Positions 51,548 through 63,207 are shown, counted from the whole stretch's first letter. The stretch is 63,947 nt of DNA, filler included, from Octopus bimaculoides (GCF_001194135.2; 7 parts of 6 records of this genome joined end to end with filler, not necessarily neighbours in it); one strand, 5' to 3'. Made by a program: numbers and translations. The notes: generated by a model from the sequence alone, not told the origin.

Positions 51548-51755
51548 NNNNNNNNNNNNNNNNNNNNNNNNNNNNNNNNNNNNNNNNNNNNNNNNNNNNN
51601 NNNNNNNNNNNNNNNNNNNNNNNNNNNNNNNNNNNNNNNNNNNNNNNNNNNNNNNNNNNNNNNNNNNNNNNNNNNNNNNNNTATATATATATATGTATAT
51701 ATATATATATGTATATATAGATATATGGATAAACGTATATGTACATACACACACA

Positions 51756-51795
<40 letters not shown>

Positions 51796-51831
51796 TATAT
51801 ATATGTAAATGTGTGTGTATATATATGTATG

Positions 51832-51867
<36 letters not shown>

Positions 51868-52504
51868 ATTGATGGATATATGCGATACGTAGATAGATAG
51901 ATAACTTAGATATGTTTCGTCCAAAGACTGGCCCAAGAACACACATACACAAACACAAAGCATACACATCCACAATCTTAATACCAATGCATTAGATTTG
52001 TGTTAATCCTAATTCATTGTTTCACACGAACACCGGCCCATACCCCCCAACACATACATTAACAGATAACCTCAATTCAATTTGTTCCACACTTGCATTA
52101 TTAACTATGATTCATTCAGTCTCACACACAAGCACATGTACAAATGCGCGCGCATGCTCCCACATACGCATAGGCACACGTTCTCTTCATAACTGAACAC
52201 GATCACACTCCCCATAATTTTCACCGGTTAATATTTTAAAAAACAAACATTTCTCCGTTTGACATGATCAATTATTTCCGCTGCTGCTGCTGCTGCTGTT
52301 GTTGTTGTTGTTGCTAGTTTTTTTTCTTCTTCTTTTTTAGCCTTAACTCAGCCGCGATTGTACAGACCTAACATTGTATATCTAAACATTAACAACTCAT
52401 TTCTTGTTAGCTAATGTCGAGTGAAATGCTTAACGGCATTTCGTCCGTCTTTCATGTTCTGACAAAAACACTTGAAGAAGTAAGTATTCAGGTAATATAA
52501 TCAC

Positions 52505-52720
52505 TGGTAAGAAGCCAGAAACGTTAGCACACCGGGCGAAATGCTTCGCGGTATTTCGTCTATCTTTACGTTTTGAGTTCAAATTCCGCCGGAGTCAACA
52601 TTGCCTTTTATCCATTCTGGGTCGATAAATTAAGTACCATTTGTGCACTGGAGTCGATCTAATCGACTGGCCCCATCCCCCCAAATTTCGGGCCTTGTGT
52701 CTAGAGTAGAAAATAATATA
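52505..52720 (+). mobile_element. SINE family B, full length
   Basis: ccagaaacgttagcacaccgggcgaaatgcttcgcggtatttcgtc..gagttcaaattccgcc..aaatttcgggccttgtgtctagagtagaaa. Confidence 0.9.
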
Positions 52721-52744
52721 ATTATGCGTGTGTACAAACTAAAC

Positions 52745-53070
52745 TGGCCCTCTGGCGGTTACGATGACGAGTGTTCCGGACGCTCCAATCAACGGAACAG
52801 CCTGTTCTTGAAATTAATGTACAAGTGGTCGAGCACTCCATGGACACGCATACTCTAAGCGTAGTTCTAAGGGAGATTCAACGTATGTAACAGAATGTGG
52901 TATGGCTGGTCCCTTTGAATTACAGGTACTACTCCTTTTTGCCAGCTGAGTGGACTGGAGCAACGTAAAATGAATTATCATGCTCAAGGACACAACGCCG
53001 TGCCGGAATTCGAAATCACAACCTTATGATCGCGAGCCGAATGCCGCAACTACTAAGTCACATGTCTTCA
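52745..53070 (-). mobile_element. CORE-SINE with a family-D-type tail
   Basis: Reverse complement: tRNA head (ggctcgcgatc..tttcgaattcc), CORE (tgtgtccttgagc..gttgctccagtccactcagctggcaaaa), then the same tail as 9966 and 53733 (gtacctgtaattcaaaggg..aggctgttccgttgatt..ctcgtcatcgtaacc). Confidence 0.85.
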
Positions 53071-53074
53071 CACA

Positions 53075-53504
53075 ACATACACACATACGCACACACACGA
53101 ACACGCACACACGCACGAGCACATAAATACATACTTACACGCACGCACACACACACACACACCTACGCGCACACACACGAGCACGCACACACACAGAAGC
53201 ACAAAAATCCATACATACACGCACACGCACATACACACACGCTTGAGCAGACACACGCACGCGCGTACATACAGATGCACAAGACACACACACACACACA
53301 CACACGCACAGAGACACACACACACAAGCATACGCACACACGCACACGCACACGCACAGGAACATGCAGACACGCATGCACAAAGACACACACACACACA
53401 CACACANNNNNNNNNNNNNNNNNNNNNNNGATACGTCGCATTCTGATGAAATGGTTCGGACACACACACACACAGACACACACACACACGCACACGCACA
53501 CGCG

Positions 53505-53537
<33 letters not shown>

Positions 53538-53540
53538 CAT
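53075..53540. repeat. Degenerate (CA)n/(CACG)n tract with a gap
   Basis: Read directly from the sequence. Confidence 0.92.
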
Positions 53541-53619
53541 AACGTACAATTGTATTCGCTTTCCTCAAACCATTCATTTAACCAAGCAAACCCACTTTAA
53601 AATATTCTCAGTGAGTGTA

Positions 53620-53702
53620 TAACGAGGCATTTCCAAAAACTAAAGTTGAAAAATACGGGGGCACCTTATGCAAGTGTGCGTCTTATACGCCAGCAAATAT
53701 AC
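53620..53702 (-). mobile_element. Possible solitary terminus of a pogo/Tigger-like MITE
   Basis: Reverse complement GTATATTTGCTGGCGTATAAGACGCAC resembles pogo-like termini. The partner end was not found. Confidence 0.35.
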
Positions 53703-53732
53703 CAAATGCCTTCAGCACTTATACGAGTCTCT

Positions 53733-54123
53733 ATGGAGGCGCAACGGCCCAGTGGCTAGGGCAGTTGACTCGTGGTCTTAGGATCATGGTTTCGATTCCC
53801 AGCCCGGGCGTTGTGAGTGTTTATTGAGCGAAAACACCGAAAAGTTCCACGAGGCTCCGGCAGGGGATGGTGGCGAACACTGCCGTACTTTTTCGCCACA
53901 ATTTTCTCTCACTCTTACTTCCTGTTTCTGTTGTACCTGTAATTCAAAGGGGCCAGCCTCGCCACACTCTGTGTCACGCTGAATATTCCAGAGAACTACG
54001 TTAAGAGTACACGTGTCTGTGGAATGCTCAGCCACTTGCACGTTAATTTCACGAGCAGGCTGTTCCGTTGATCGGATCATCTGAAACCCTCGTCGTCGTA
54101 AGCGACGGAGTGCCGTCATCATC
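53733..54123 (+). mobile_element. SINE family D, full length, with a 10-bp TSD
   Basis: Collinear with 9966-10453, short (ATC)n tail, TSD ATACGAGTCT at 53721-30 and 54124-33. Confidence 0.93.
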
Positions 54124-54608
54124 ATACGAGTCTTTTCCGTTCTGAGTTCAAGTCCTGTCATGATTGATGAAGTTCCTGGGACAATTCAATAATATATACC
54201 ACTTAAAAATGTTTCTGCAAAGTTAATTTCAAATACATGATCATTATGGATGGCAGAGCCAGGTCGATAAAGTTNNNNNNNNNNNNNNNNNNNNNNNNNN
54301 NNNNNNNNNNNNNNNNNNNNNNNNNNNNNNNNNNNNNNNNNNNNNNNNNNNNNNNNNNNNNNNNNNNNNNNNNNNNNNNNNNNNNNNNNNNNNNNNNNNN
54401 NNNNNNNNNNNNNNNNNNNNNNNNNNNNNNNNNNNNNNNNNNNNNNNNNNNNNNNNNNNNNNNNNNNNNNNNNNNNNNNNNNNNNNNNNNNNNNNNNNNN
54501 NNNNNNNNNNNNNNNNNNNNNNNNNNNNNNNNNNNNNNNNNNNNNNNNNNNNNNNNNNNNNNNNNNNCTCATCGAAGTTGCATATGTCTCTCAACTTTCA
54601 CCCTTTTC

Positions 54609-54649
<41 letters not shown>

Positions 54650-54909
54650 CATATACCTATCTATCTGTCTGTCTGCCTGTCTTCCTCCCTCTCTCTATAT
54701 ATATGCATATAATTCAAACACGTGCGAGCATAACCAAACACTCTCTCTCACACACACACATACACACACACGTATATATACACACACGCATATATAGACC
54801 GCGTATGTATGCTTGTAAGTATAAATATGTGTGTATGTGCCTACCTAGCTACCTACCTACCTATCCATCTATCTATCTATCCATCCATCTATTTATCTAT
54901 CTATTTATG

Positions 54910-54963
<54 letters not shown>

Positions 54964-55338
54964 ATTCTATCTGTCTATCTCACAACACATCTCACTAGCC
55001 CTTTACCCGTCAATGCTATTAATCTCCACATCTACCCCTATTATACTCTCTCTTTCTCACTCTCTTCTACTTCTATTCTTTCTGTAAATAAAAGTGCTGG
55101 GTATCTTTAGTATTTATTACCAAAGAAACACAAATGAAAAGTTATTTTTATTTACAACCCTGGTAAATTTTATTGCTAGTCATTGGAGCAGCTAGGGAGA
55201 CATTCAGGTCTTGATAAAGACCCATTTATTAGCCTAACAATACACGGCATTCGCCTAGCTGAGAAGTCATTAAAACTAGTCTCGACCATTTGGCTGAAAA
55301 CACTCAACAAGCTCACAGCATAAAAATATAAAAATAGG

Positions 55339-55372
<34 letters not shown>

Positions 55373-55479
55373 AAGAAGAAAGAAAGAAAAAAAGAAGAAA
55401 GAAAGAGAAATAAATAAAAACGAACGTCCGAAAAACACCCAAACATCATTGAATAACGGATGTCCACCAGCAATAATGA

Positions 55480-55644
55480 TTATGATGATAACGACGATGA
55501 TTATTATGGTGATGATGATGGTGATTATGTTGACGATAATGCGGATGATGATAATGATGTCGATGATGATGATGATGATGACAACTTTGATGATGATTAT
55601 TAGTAATGCTCTTATTTTATCGTTTTTGTTATTATTATTATTGT

Positions 55645-55697
<53 letters not shown>

Positions 55698-55700
55698 TTA
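55480..55700. repeat. Degenerate (GAT)n followed by (TTA)n/(CTA)n
   Basis: Read directly from the sequence. Confidence 0.92.
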
Positions 55701-55897
55701 TTAATTTGTTGTTATTGTTGCTCTACCTAGATTACTTAAAATACGGTTTTTTTTCTTTTTGGGTTATTAGAAAAAGGTGAATGAATTTACGTCATGTGTC
55801 TCAACACCAGAGGAAATTGATGTATAGTTTACCTGCACCGTATACAGAGCGCACACACAGAGATATGAGTACATATGTGTGTGTATGTTTGTGTGTA

Positions 55898-55929
<32 letters not shown>

Positions 55930-55930
55930 T

Positions 55931-56317
55931 TAAGAAGGTTTTTTTTCGCCAACCAAAAGGTCCCTGGTTCAGTCTCACTGCATGACACCTGAGCATATTC
56001 TTCTACAAGAGTACCGGCCGACCAAAACTTTGAGTGGTTTTGCTTGGCCGAAAACTGAAAGAAGTCCGTTGTAATCGGCAGAAGTTAACAAGTTGTTCAA
56101 GGGTTGAGTTTTTCGTGCAGGCTGCTTATCAAACTGGACTACATCTCCGGGAATTGTAACTCACTCTACACTAAAAATTAAAGTTGGGGTGTCACTCGAA
56201 GAATGAATTTTTTCGAAAACTCTGCTCACGAAACCAATACACAGACACATACACACACATAAGCACAAGCATCTCTCTCTATCTCTCTCTGTCTCTCTCT
56301 GTCTCTCTCTCTCTCTG

Positions 56318-56374
<57 letters not shown>

Positions 56375-56405
56375 CTCTGTCTCGCTGTCTCTCTCTGTCT
56401 CTCTG

Positions 56406-56439
<34 letters not shown>

Positions 56440-57010
56440 AGGTTACTTGTACACATACACCCACGCGTTCGCCTCTACACACACAAGCGCGCGCACACAC
56501 ACGCACATACACACACACATGATAACCCACTATACACGTACACATGCCCACACGCACACACACATTCCACATCAGTTCATGAAACGTACATCACTCCACA
56601 AAATGTCCACACTAGATAACTTGTACATACACACAAACGCTCTCTCTCACACACACACACACACACGCGCCCCTCACACACAGAGGCCCGCATAATGTTA
56701 AGCTCGCATACACACATATTCACATGCGCTCGTCCCCATTCACACATACACACTCACATACACAACTCTTACATACACACACGCGCTTGCGCATCCTAGT
56801 TCAGTCGGGTTACCGTTATTATCTTCCTTTGACTTGACAACTGTATGTTGGTGTGTTTATGTCCCCGAAACTTAGCGGTTCTGCTAAAGTGACCCATAGA
56901 ATAAGTACTAGGTTTACAAAGAATAAGTCCTGAGGTTGATTTGTTCGACTAAAGGCGGTGCTCTAGCATGGCCGCAGTGAAATAACTGAAACGTGTAAGG
57001 GAGTAAAAAA
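55931..57010 (+). mobile_element. SINE family A head (55931-56070) and tail (56825-57010) separated by unique and (CT)n/(CA)n sequence
   Basis: Both halves match family A and are in the same orientation. Confidence 0.7.
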
Positions 57011-57479
57011 GTCTGTATATATATATATATATATATATATNNNNNNNNNNNNNNNNNNNNNNNNNNNNNNNNNNNNNNNNNNNNTTAATTAATTAANNNN
57101 NNNNNNNNNNNNNNNNNNNNNNNNNNNNNNNNNNNNNNNNTATATAAAATATATAAAGAATGAGAAGAGAGGGGTTAACTTTTATTTCAATCTTAATAAT
57201 AATGTTAACGGTCAGTTATTACTCTGATATGGGGTTCCGAGATTCAAGTAGCCGTTTTCTAACTGAAAAATGTATGTTTTACTGGTTGCTTAAATAGCAA
57301 AAGATTTCTTCTTATAAGGTGGATGAAAGGCAAAAGGAAACAGCTTAGAATGGATGAAAGGCAAAAGATAAATGAGAACGATATTTAATAGTCTGAAGCA
57401 AAACAAAGATAGGATGATGATGGAGGACATTTTATTTACCATACTAAGATGTTAAAACCTATCAAATAAAATTACTACA

Positions 57480-57519
57480 ACTAATACTACTACTTCTTCT
57501 GATGCTGCTGCTGCTGCTG

Positions 57520-57578
<59 letters not shown>

Positions 57579-57802
57579 ACTACTACTACTACTACTACTA
57601 CTATCAATGTAAAACAAGTATAAGTTCAGAACAATGACGATTTTGGTGATAATGACGATGATGATGGGAGTGATGATGATGACGACGACGACGACGACGA
57701 CGATGACGACGATGATGATGACGATGATGGTGATGACGATGATGATGATGATGGTGATGATTGTAGTGGTGGAGGTGGAGGTGGTGGAGGTAGTGGTGGT
57801 GG

Positions 57803-57843
<41 letters not shown>

Positions 57844-57930
57844 GTGATGATGATGGTGGTGGTGGTGATGGTGATGGTGATGATGATGATGATGACGATG
57901 ATGATGATGATGATGATAATGATGATGATG

Positions 57931-57962
<32 letters not shown>

Positions 57963-58150
57963 GATGACGATGATGATGATGATGACAGTGACGATAGTCA
58001 TGATCACAAATACGATGACGATGAATGGGGGCTAACGACCATGACATCGACGCTCTCATTGGCGTTGACGGAGAGAGAGAACGACATGTTGCTACTACTG
58101 CTGCTCGTGTTGCTGCAGCAGCTGCTGCTGCTGCTGCAGATGATGATGTA
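57480..58150. repeat. Compound trinucleotide microsatellite (CTA/CTG)n-(GAT/GAC/GGT)n-(GCT)n
   Basis: Read directly from the sequence. Confidence 0.95.
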
Positions 58151-58752
58151 AAGGAGGAAAAGAAGGTGGAGGAGGCGCTGCAAGAGGTAAAAATCAATGA
58201 TTGCAAATGAATGTCACAAGCAATTTTCAATAATAACACTTTCACACAGACGACGAAGACACGTTGACGATCATCCATTGCGAGGTGAAGGAAGAGGTGT
58301 AGGAAGTGTAGGAGGTGCAACAATACCAATAGTAATAGTAGTTGTTGTTGTAGTTGTAGTAGTAGGAGGAGGTGTTTAAATGCAGGAAGGAGAGCCAAAA
58401 GAAAAAAAAAACGAAAAAACATAAAGAAACAAACACCGAAGAATGAAACAGGTTGAAATAATTCATGATGGAAGTCAGAAAAATATCAACACGAAAACAA
58501 AAAAAAAAAAAAAANNNNNNNNNNNNNNNNNNNNNNNNNNNNNNNAACCCCCCCCCCCCCAAAAAAAAAAATGGTAACAACAGGAATAGGAATCAGAAGA
58601 CTGGCAACAGTTGCATAAACAAGGAAAAAGACCATAAATGTTGGTGGTTGATGGTTCTGAAGACGAGAGAAGTGTCTCTTTGTTGGTGCGAAGAAAATGT
58701 GATAAAGATTTCAATTTTTGAATGCAATACAGAAGGAATTGCATTATATATA

Positions 58753-59170
58753 GGCGCAGGAGTGGGTGTGTGGGAAGTAGCTTGCTTACCGACCGCATGG
58801 CTCAGGGTTCAGTCCCACTGCGTGGCACCTTGGGCAAGTGTCTTCTACTATAGACTCGGGCCGACCAGAGCTTTGTGAGTGGATTTGGTAGACGGAAACT
58901 AAAAGAAGCCTGTCGTATATATGTGCGTGCGTGTGTGTGTGTGTGTGCGTGCGTGTGTGTGTGTGTCGATTTATCCCCTACCATCGCTTGACAACCGATG
59001 TTGGTGTGTTTACATCCTCGTAACTTAACGGTTGGGCAGAAGAAAGCAATAGAATGAGTACTAGGCTTCCAAAGAATAAGTCCTGCGGTGGATTTGTTCG
59101 ACTAAAAGTGGTGCTCCAGCATGGCTGTAGTCAAATGACTGAAACAAGAAAACGAACAAAAGAATAAAAG
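58753..59170 (+). mobile_element. SINE family A, full length
   Basis: GGCGCAGGAGTGGGTGTGTGG..GGTTCAGTCCC, internal (TG)n and tail. Confidence 0.94.
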
Positions 59171-59364
59171 TACGTATATTTATACATACACACACNNNNN
59201 NNNNNNNNNNNNNNNNNNNNNNNNNNNNNNNNNNNNNNNNNNNNNNNNNNNNNNNNNNNNNNNNNNNNNNNNNNNNNNNNNNNNNNNNNNNNNNNTGTGT
59301 GTGTGTATGTGTATGTGTGTGAGTGTGTGTGTGTGTGTGTGTGTGCGTGTGTCTGTGTGTGTGT

Positions 59365-59565
59365 GTGTTTGTCCCTCCCGTCGTTCGACAACCGATGTCT
59401 GTGTGTTTACATCCTCGTAACTTAACGGTTGGGCAGAAGAAATCGATAGAATAAGTACGAGGCTGACAAAGAATAAGTCCAGGGGTCGATTACTTCGACT
59501 AAAAAGAAGCGGTGCTCCAGCATGTCTCTAGTCAAATGAATGAAACAAGTAAAAGAATGAAAAAA
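59365..59565 (+). mobile_element. Second family-A tail, probably a local duplicate of 58970-59170
   Basis: Shares private variants (acatcctcgtaacttaacggttgggcagaagaaa) with the adjacent copy. Confidence 0.8.
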
Positions 59566-59569
59566 ATAC

Positions 59570-59915
59570 TGAAACGAGACAATGTTTTGCTACGAATCGA
59601 CGCTTGATTATCACTCATGTACATACGTTGTGTTTTGTCACTTATGCATACATTTAAAGGTTTTCCATTTCCGAAATAATGCTTCCAGCATCTCTTTTAC
59701 GTGCCCAAGCTGATTGCAAAGTCTGCGCATTTGTCATTTGAGATAAATGTCTTCGTTTTTCTTTGAGAATTCTGCAGACAGTTGACGAGTTAAGTGGAAA
59801 TTTCTCACGAATGTTTTTCACAGTTGTACAGCCATCTTGCATTTATACAATTTCATAAGTGATGGCCTTTCGTTTCTTTTCGTTCCCGTCAGTACCCCTT
59901 GTATCATTTAGACAT
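59570..59915 (-). mobile_element. pogo/Tigger (CENP-B-like) transposase N-terminal HTH remnant
   Basis: KKRKAITYEIV..NIREKFPLNSSTVCRILKEK..IISEMENL..ISDKTQR..QASIRSKTLS. Confidence 0.72.
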
Positions 59916-59966
59916 ATTGGGTGGTTTTTCAAAAATGCCGAAAATATTAGTGTAATTACACGTATA

Positions 59967-60126
59967 GGCGCAGGAGTGGCTGTGTGGTAAGTAGCTTGCT
60001 TACCAACCACATGGTTCTGGGTTCAGTCCTACTGCGTGGCACCTTGGGCAAGTATCTTCTACTATAGCCTCGGGGTGACCAAAGCCTTGTGAGTGGATTT
60101 GGTAGAGAGAAACTGAAAAAAGCCCG

Positions 60127-60130
<4 letters not shown>
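59967..60130 (+). mobile_element. SINE family A head; remainder lost in a gap
   Basis: GGCGCAGGAGTGGCTGTGTGGTAAGTAGCTTGCTTACCAACCAC.. Confidence 0.94.
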
Positions 60131-60161
<31 letters not shown>

Positions 60162-60281
60162 CATACATACATACATACATANNNNNNNNNNNNNNNNNNN
60201 NNNNNNNNNNNNNNNNNNNNNNNNNTTAATTAATTAANNNNNNNNNNNNNNNNNNNNNNNNNNNNNNNNNNNNNNNNNNNN

Positions 60282-60333
60282 ATTATTATTATTATTATTA
60301 TTATTATTGTTATTATTATTATTATTATTGTTA

Positions 60334-60396
<63 letters not shown>
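60282..60396. repeat. (ATT)n microsatellite
   Basis: Read directly from the sequence. Confidence 0.97.
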
Positions 60397-60400
<4 letters not shown>

Positions 60401-61676
60401 TAGTGACATTATATAATCGGGCAAACGCCTAATTAAAATACCAAGTAGCATTTAGCTTCGCTACTCTAAGATCTGAGCTCTAGGGCCGCCGGTGTCACTT
60501 TTGCCATTCGGTCTAGAAGGTTCAACAGTTAAGTATTCCTGTCAATTATATCGACTACATCCTTCCCTAGATAGAACATGATGCCGAAATTAGAAATAAT
60601 TTCTTTTAAAGAATTACGCGTTTTCCTATCCATTTTATACTTCTTTTAACGGATATACATCGCAATAACAGGAGTCACGATGTCTCAACGAATGAGAAAA
60701 ATAAACGAAAAGGATTTTGCAACGTTCGTAACTGACTCAATTTTTGATATCCGAGAAAGAACTTGAGTGGAAACAGTAGGTTTGTTTGGTTTCTATTTCA
60801 ATTTATATTACAATAGCAGAAGTGTACCAGATAATACTGTACTCTATGGTAAATAGGAATGTATTTTATTTAGCCGTCTCAAAATACACTTTTACAATTA
60901 GATTTATATTTCAGTAGTAATATTTCAAAGGAATATCCGCGTAAGAAGATAGTTACACTGAATGTGTGAAAATTAGTTGGTTCATGTGCAATTATGACAT
61001 GTATTCACTGCCTAGTATTTTAGTCAATGATCCAGATTATATTTCATACATGTTTTTATTGAACATCAATAAAAAAAATCAATAACAAGCAGACACAATG
61101 CAAAATTCTTTCAACTGCAGACTTCTGTTCTTTATTTCATTTGTTTGTATTATTTTGTTTTCCCTTTTCTTGACATGAACGTCTTCACATGAATATGCAC
61201 CGATTTTGAAAATGATGCAGACGGCACAACGATTTAATGTTACATATTATTTCTTAGTTTACTTGATACACATTTTAATTTTAATCATTCCAGGGCCGAA
61301 AATTATCACCGCTTAAACTGTTCGAATTAACGGAAACGATTTTATGACTTAAGAAAATTATCATAAATATGTGTTATAAAGAAACATAGAAATACATAAC
61401 GAGGTTAACAACTTCTGGTTTCGTATTACAATTCTGCATCACGTTACAAACGTCCTAGAGTGCTCTTAGAGAAGCTCCTTACACCATTGCTCAATTGATG
61501 TTTTAATTTATTTTGATATTAATATGTGAATTCCATAGTTTATTTTACATGTATGTTATCACGTGTCTGTCGAATACATTAGATTTTCTTATAGCTCTAC
61601 ATTCAGGTAAACCAAATTTGCTCAAATAAAGGGAAAATATGTAACCGCCATTATTTTAATTTGTTTCTTTTATATA

Positions 61677-62060
61677 GGCGTAGGAGTAGCTATGTGGTAA
61701 GAAGTTTGCTTCCCAACCACATGATTCCGAGTTCAGTCCTATTGCGTGGCACCTTGGACAAGTGTCTTCTACTATAGACTCTAGCCGACCAGAGTCTTGT
61801 GAGTAGATTTGTTAGACGGAAACAGAAAGGAGCCTGTCGTATATATATATTCATTCATATGTATTAGTGTGTTTGTGTTTGTTCCCCCACCATCGCTTGA
61901 CAACCGATGCTGGTGTGTTTACGTCTCGGGAAACCCGTAACTTAGCAGTTCGGCAAAAGAAACCGACAGCATAAGTACTAAGCTTACAAAGAACAAGTCC
62001 CAGGGTCGATATGGTCGACAACATGGCCGCAGTCAAATGTCTGAAACATGTAAAAGAACA
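61677..62060 (+). mobile_element. SINE family A, full length
   Basis: Head, short internal repeat, and a tail with a small deletion. Confidence 0.92.
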
Positions 62061-62148
62061 CACACTCACACACATACACACATAAATATTTACTATAAAG
62101 AAAATAAGATTACGTGCATTCCATTACGTAAGTTAAAAAAAAAACATA

Positions 62149-62830
62149 CGTAGTCTGATGAATATCCGGACTAATGCTATAGTAACGCTTGGCACAAATT
62201 GACCTTGGACTCTACTGTGCATACGCACTAGGTTTTACCGTTCCGGCTCACTTACGCTGTTTACAGTAGAGCTTGGAAGGAACGTGTGTACGTGTGAACG
62301 TTTCATTGATCATGATAGAGAAAGTTGAGCAGAGAATTTACATCAAATATGGCCAATAGCTTGGTGATACCTGCTCAGTTTTACCTATGCAGAGTTTTCA
62401 AAACATTTTCATCGTTCTCAACACAATCAAGTTGATCTTATGCAAATGAAACCCGAGTGACTTCTTGGTCAGCTGGAAGTAATTTTGGCACAAACTAGGC
62501 AGACGCGCATCTCATACCCAAATTCTCATTGATAATGTACTGAACTGAACCGTAACTGATCTGCACATCCTCTGATAACTCACAAATGGTTATTCGACAA
62601 TTTCATCCCAGGGCAGCCGGCACATCTGCGATGTTTTTCTCACTTCTGCTGGTTGCAGGTCTCCCAAAACGTTCGTCAATATGGACATTTTTGTGGCCAT
62701 CTTGGAAAGGGCTGACCCACCTGTACACTTATGTGCGGCTCATAGACTCCTCTCCATGCACTTTATGCAATTTTACGTAGGCCTCTGAGCTGGTATTTCC
62801 ATAACAACTTACTCTGTCACGGTCAATTCT
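62149..62830. mobile_element. Rearranged mariner element (5' end on +, next ~400 bp of transposase on -)
   Basis: TA followed by TIR-like cgtagtctgatgaatatccggac. On +, ATG 62312 gives MIEKVEQRIYIKYGQ*LGDTCS. On -, 62784->62379 gives EAYVKLHKVHGEESMSRT*VYRW..FQDG..DERFGRPATS..RITICELSEDVQISYGSVQ..LGMR..FVPKLL..VENDENVLKTL. Confidence 0.85.
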
Positions 62831-62885
62831 CTGTCATAGTCAACACTACATATCCTCCTTCCAAGCACTGCTATAAACAGTGGAA

Positions 62886-62905
62886 GGGGTTAGGGTTAGG
62901 GTTAG
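62886..62905 (+). repeat. Short interstitial telomere-like repeat GGGGTTAGGGTTAGGGTTAG
   Basis: About 3 TTAGGG units. Confidence 0.7.
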
Positions 62906-62949
62906 AACGTAGTGTGCATGCACACCAAAGATCAAGGTCAATCTTATTG

Positions 62950-63046
62950 TTTGTAACTTTTGGTGACCCATGGTGCAACCATCAACTTGGTAAAAATCCT
63001 TGCCATTAATTTGGTGTGGATGGGTAATATCAAATATTTCAATCAC
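62950..63046 (-). mobile_element. Possible Penelope-like RT motif fragment
   Basis: INGKDFYQVDGCTMG resembles the PLE RT consensus F.G..Y.Q..G..MG. Only ~15 informative residues. Confidence 0.45.
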
Positions 63047-63207
63047 AGCATATATTTAAATTAAACCTGAGAAAAATTGAAATATTATCATCACTTACAT
63101 GGAGAAATTGAAATATTATCTTTCAATATTTTATAAGGTAAAATTTTAAATTATTAATTGACACCTTATTAATTATATTATAACAGCAATGCCTGGAAAA
63201 ATTATGG

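Noticed and set aside
57462-58422. Poly-His/Ile/Met/Ala ORFs (up to 272 aa), including 58025-58210
   Set aside because: In-phase trinucleotide microsatellites keep multiple frames open on both strands.
58548-58570. C13-A10 homopolymer (potential G-quadruplex on -)
   Set aside because: Directly abuts an N gap after a poly-A run. Likely low-quality contig-end sequence.
15843-60281. Recurring palindrome TTAATTAATTAA inside N-runs (6 times)
   Set aside because: It is always centred in 44N+12+44N and gives stops in all six frames. It is a scaffolding linker, not biology.
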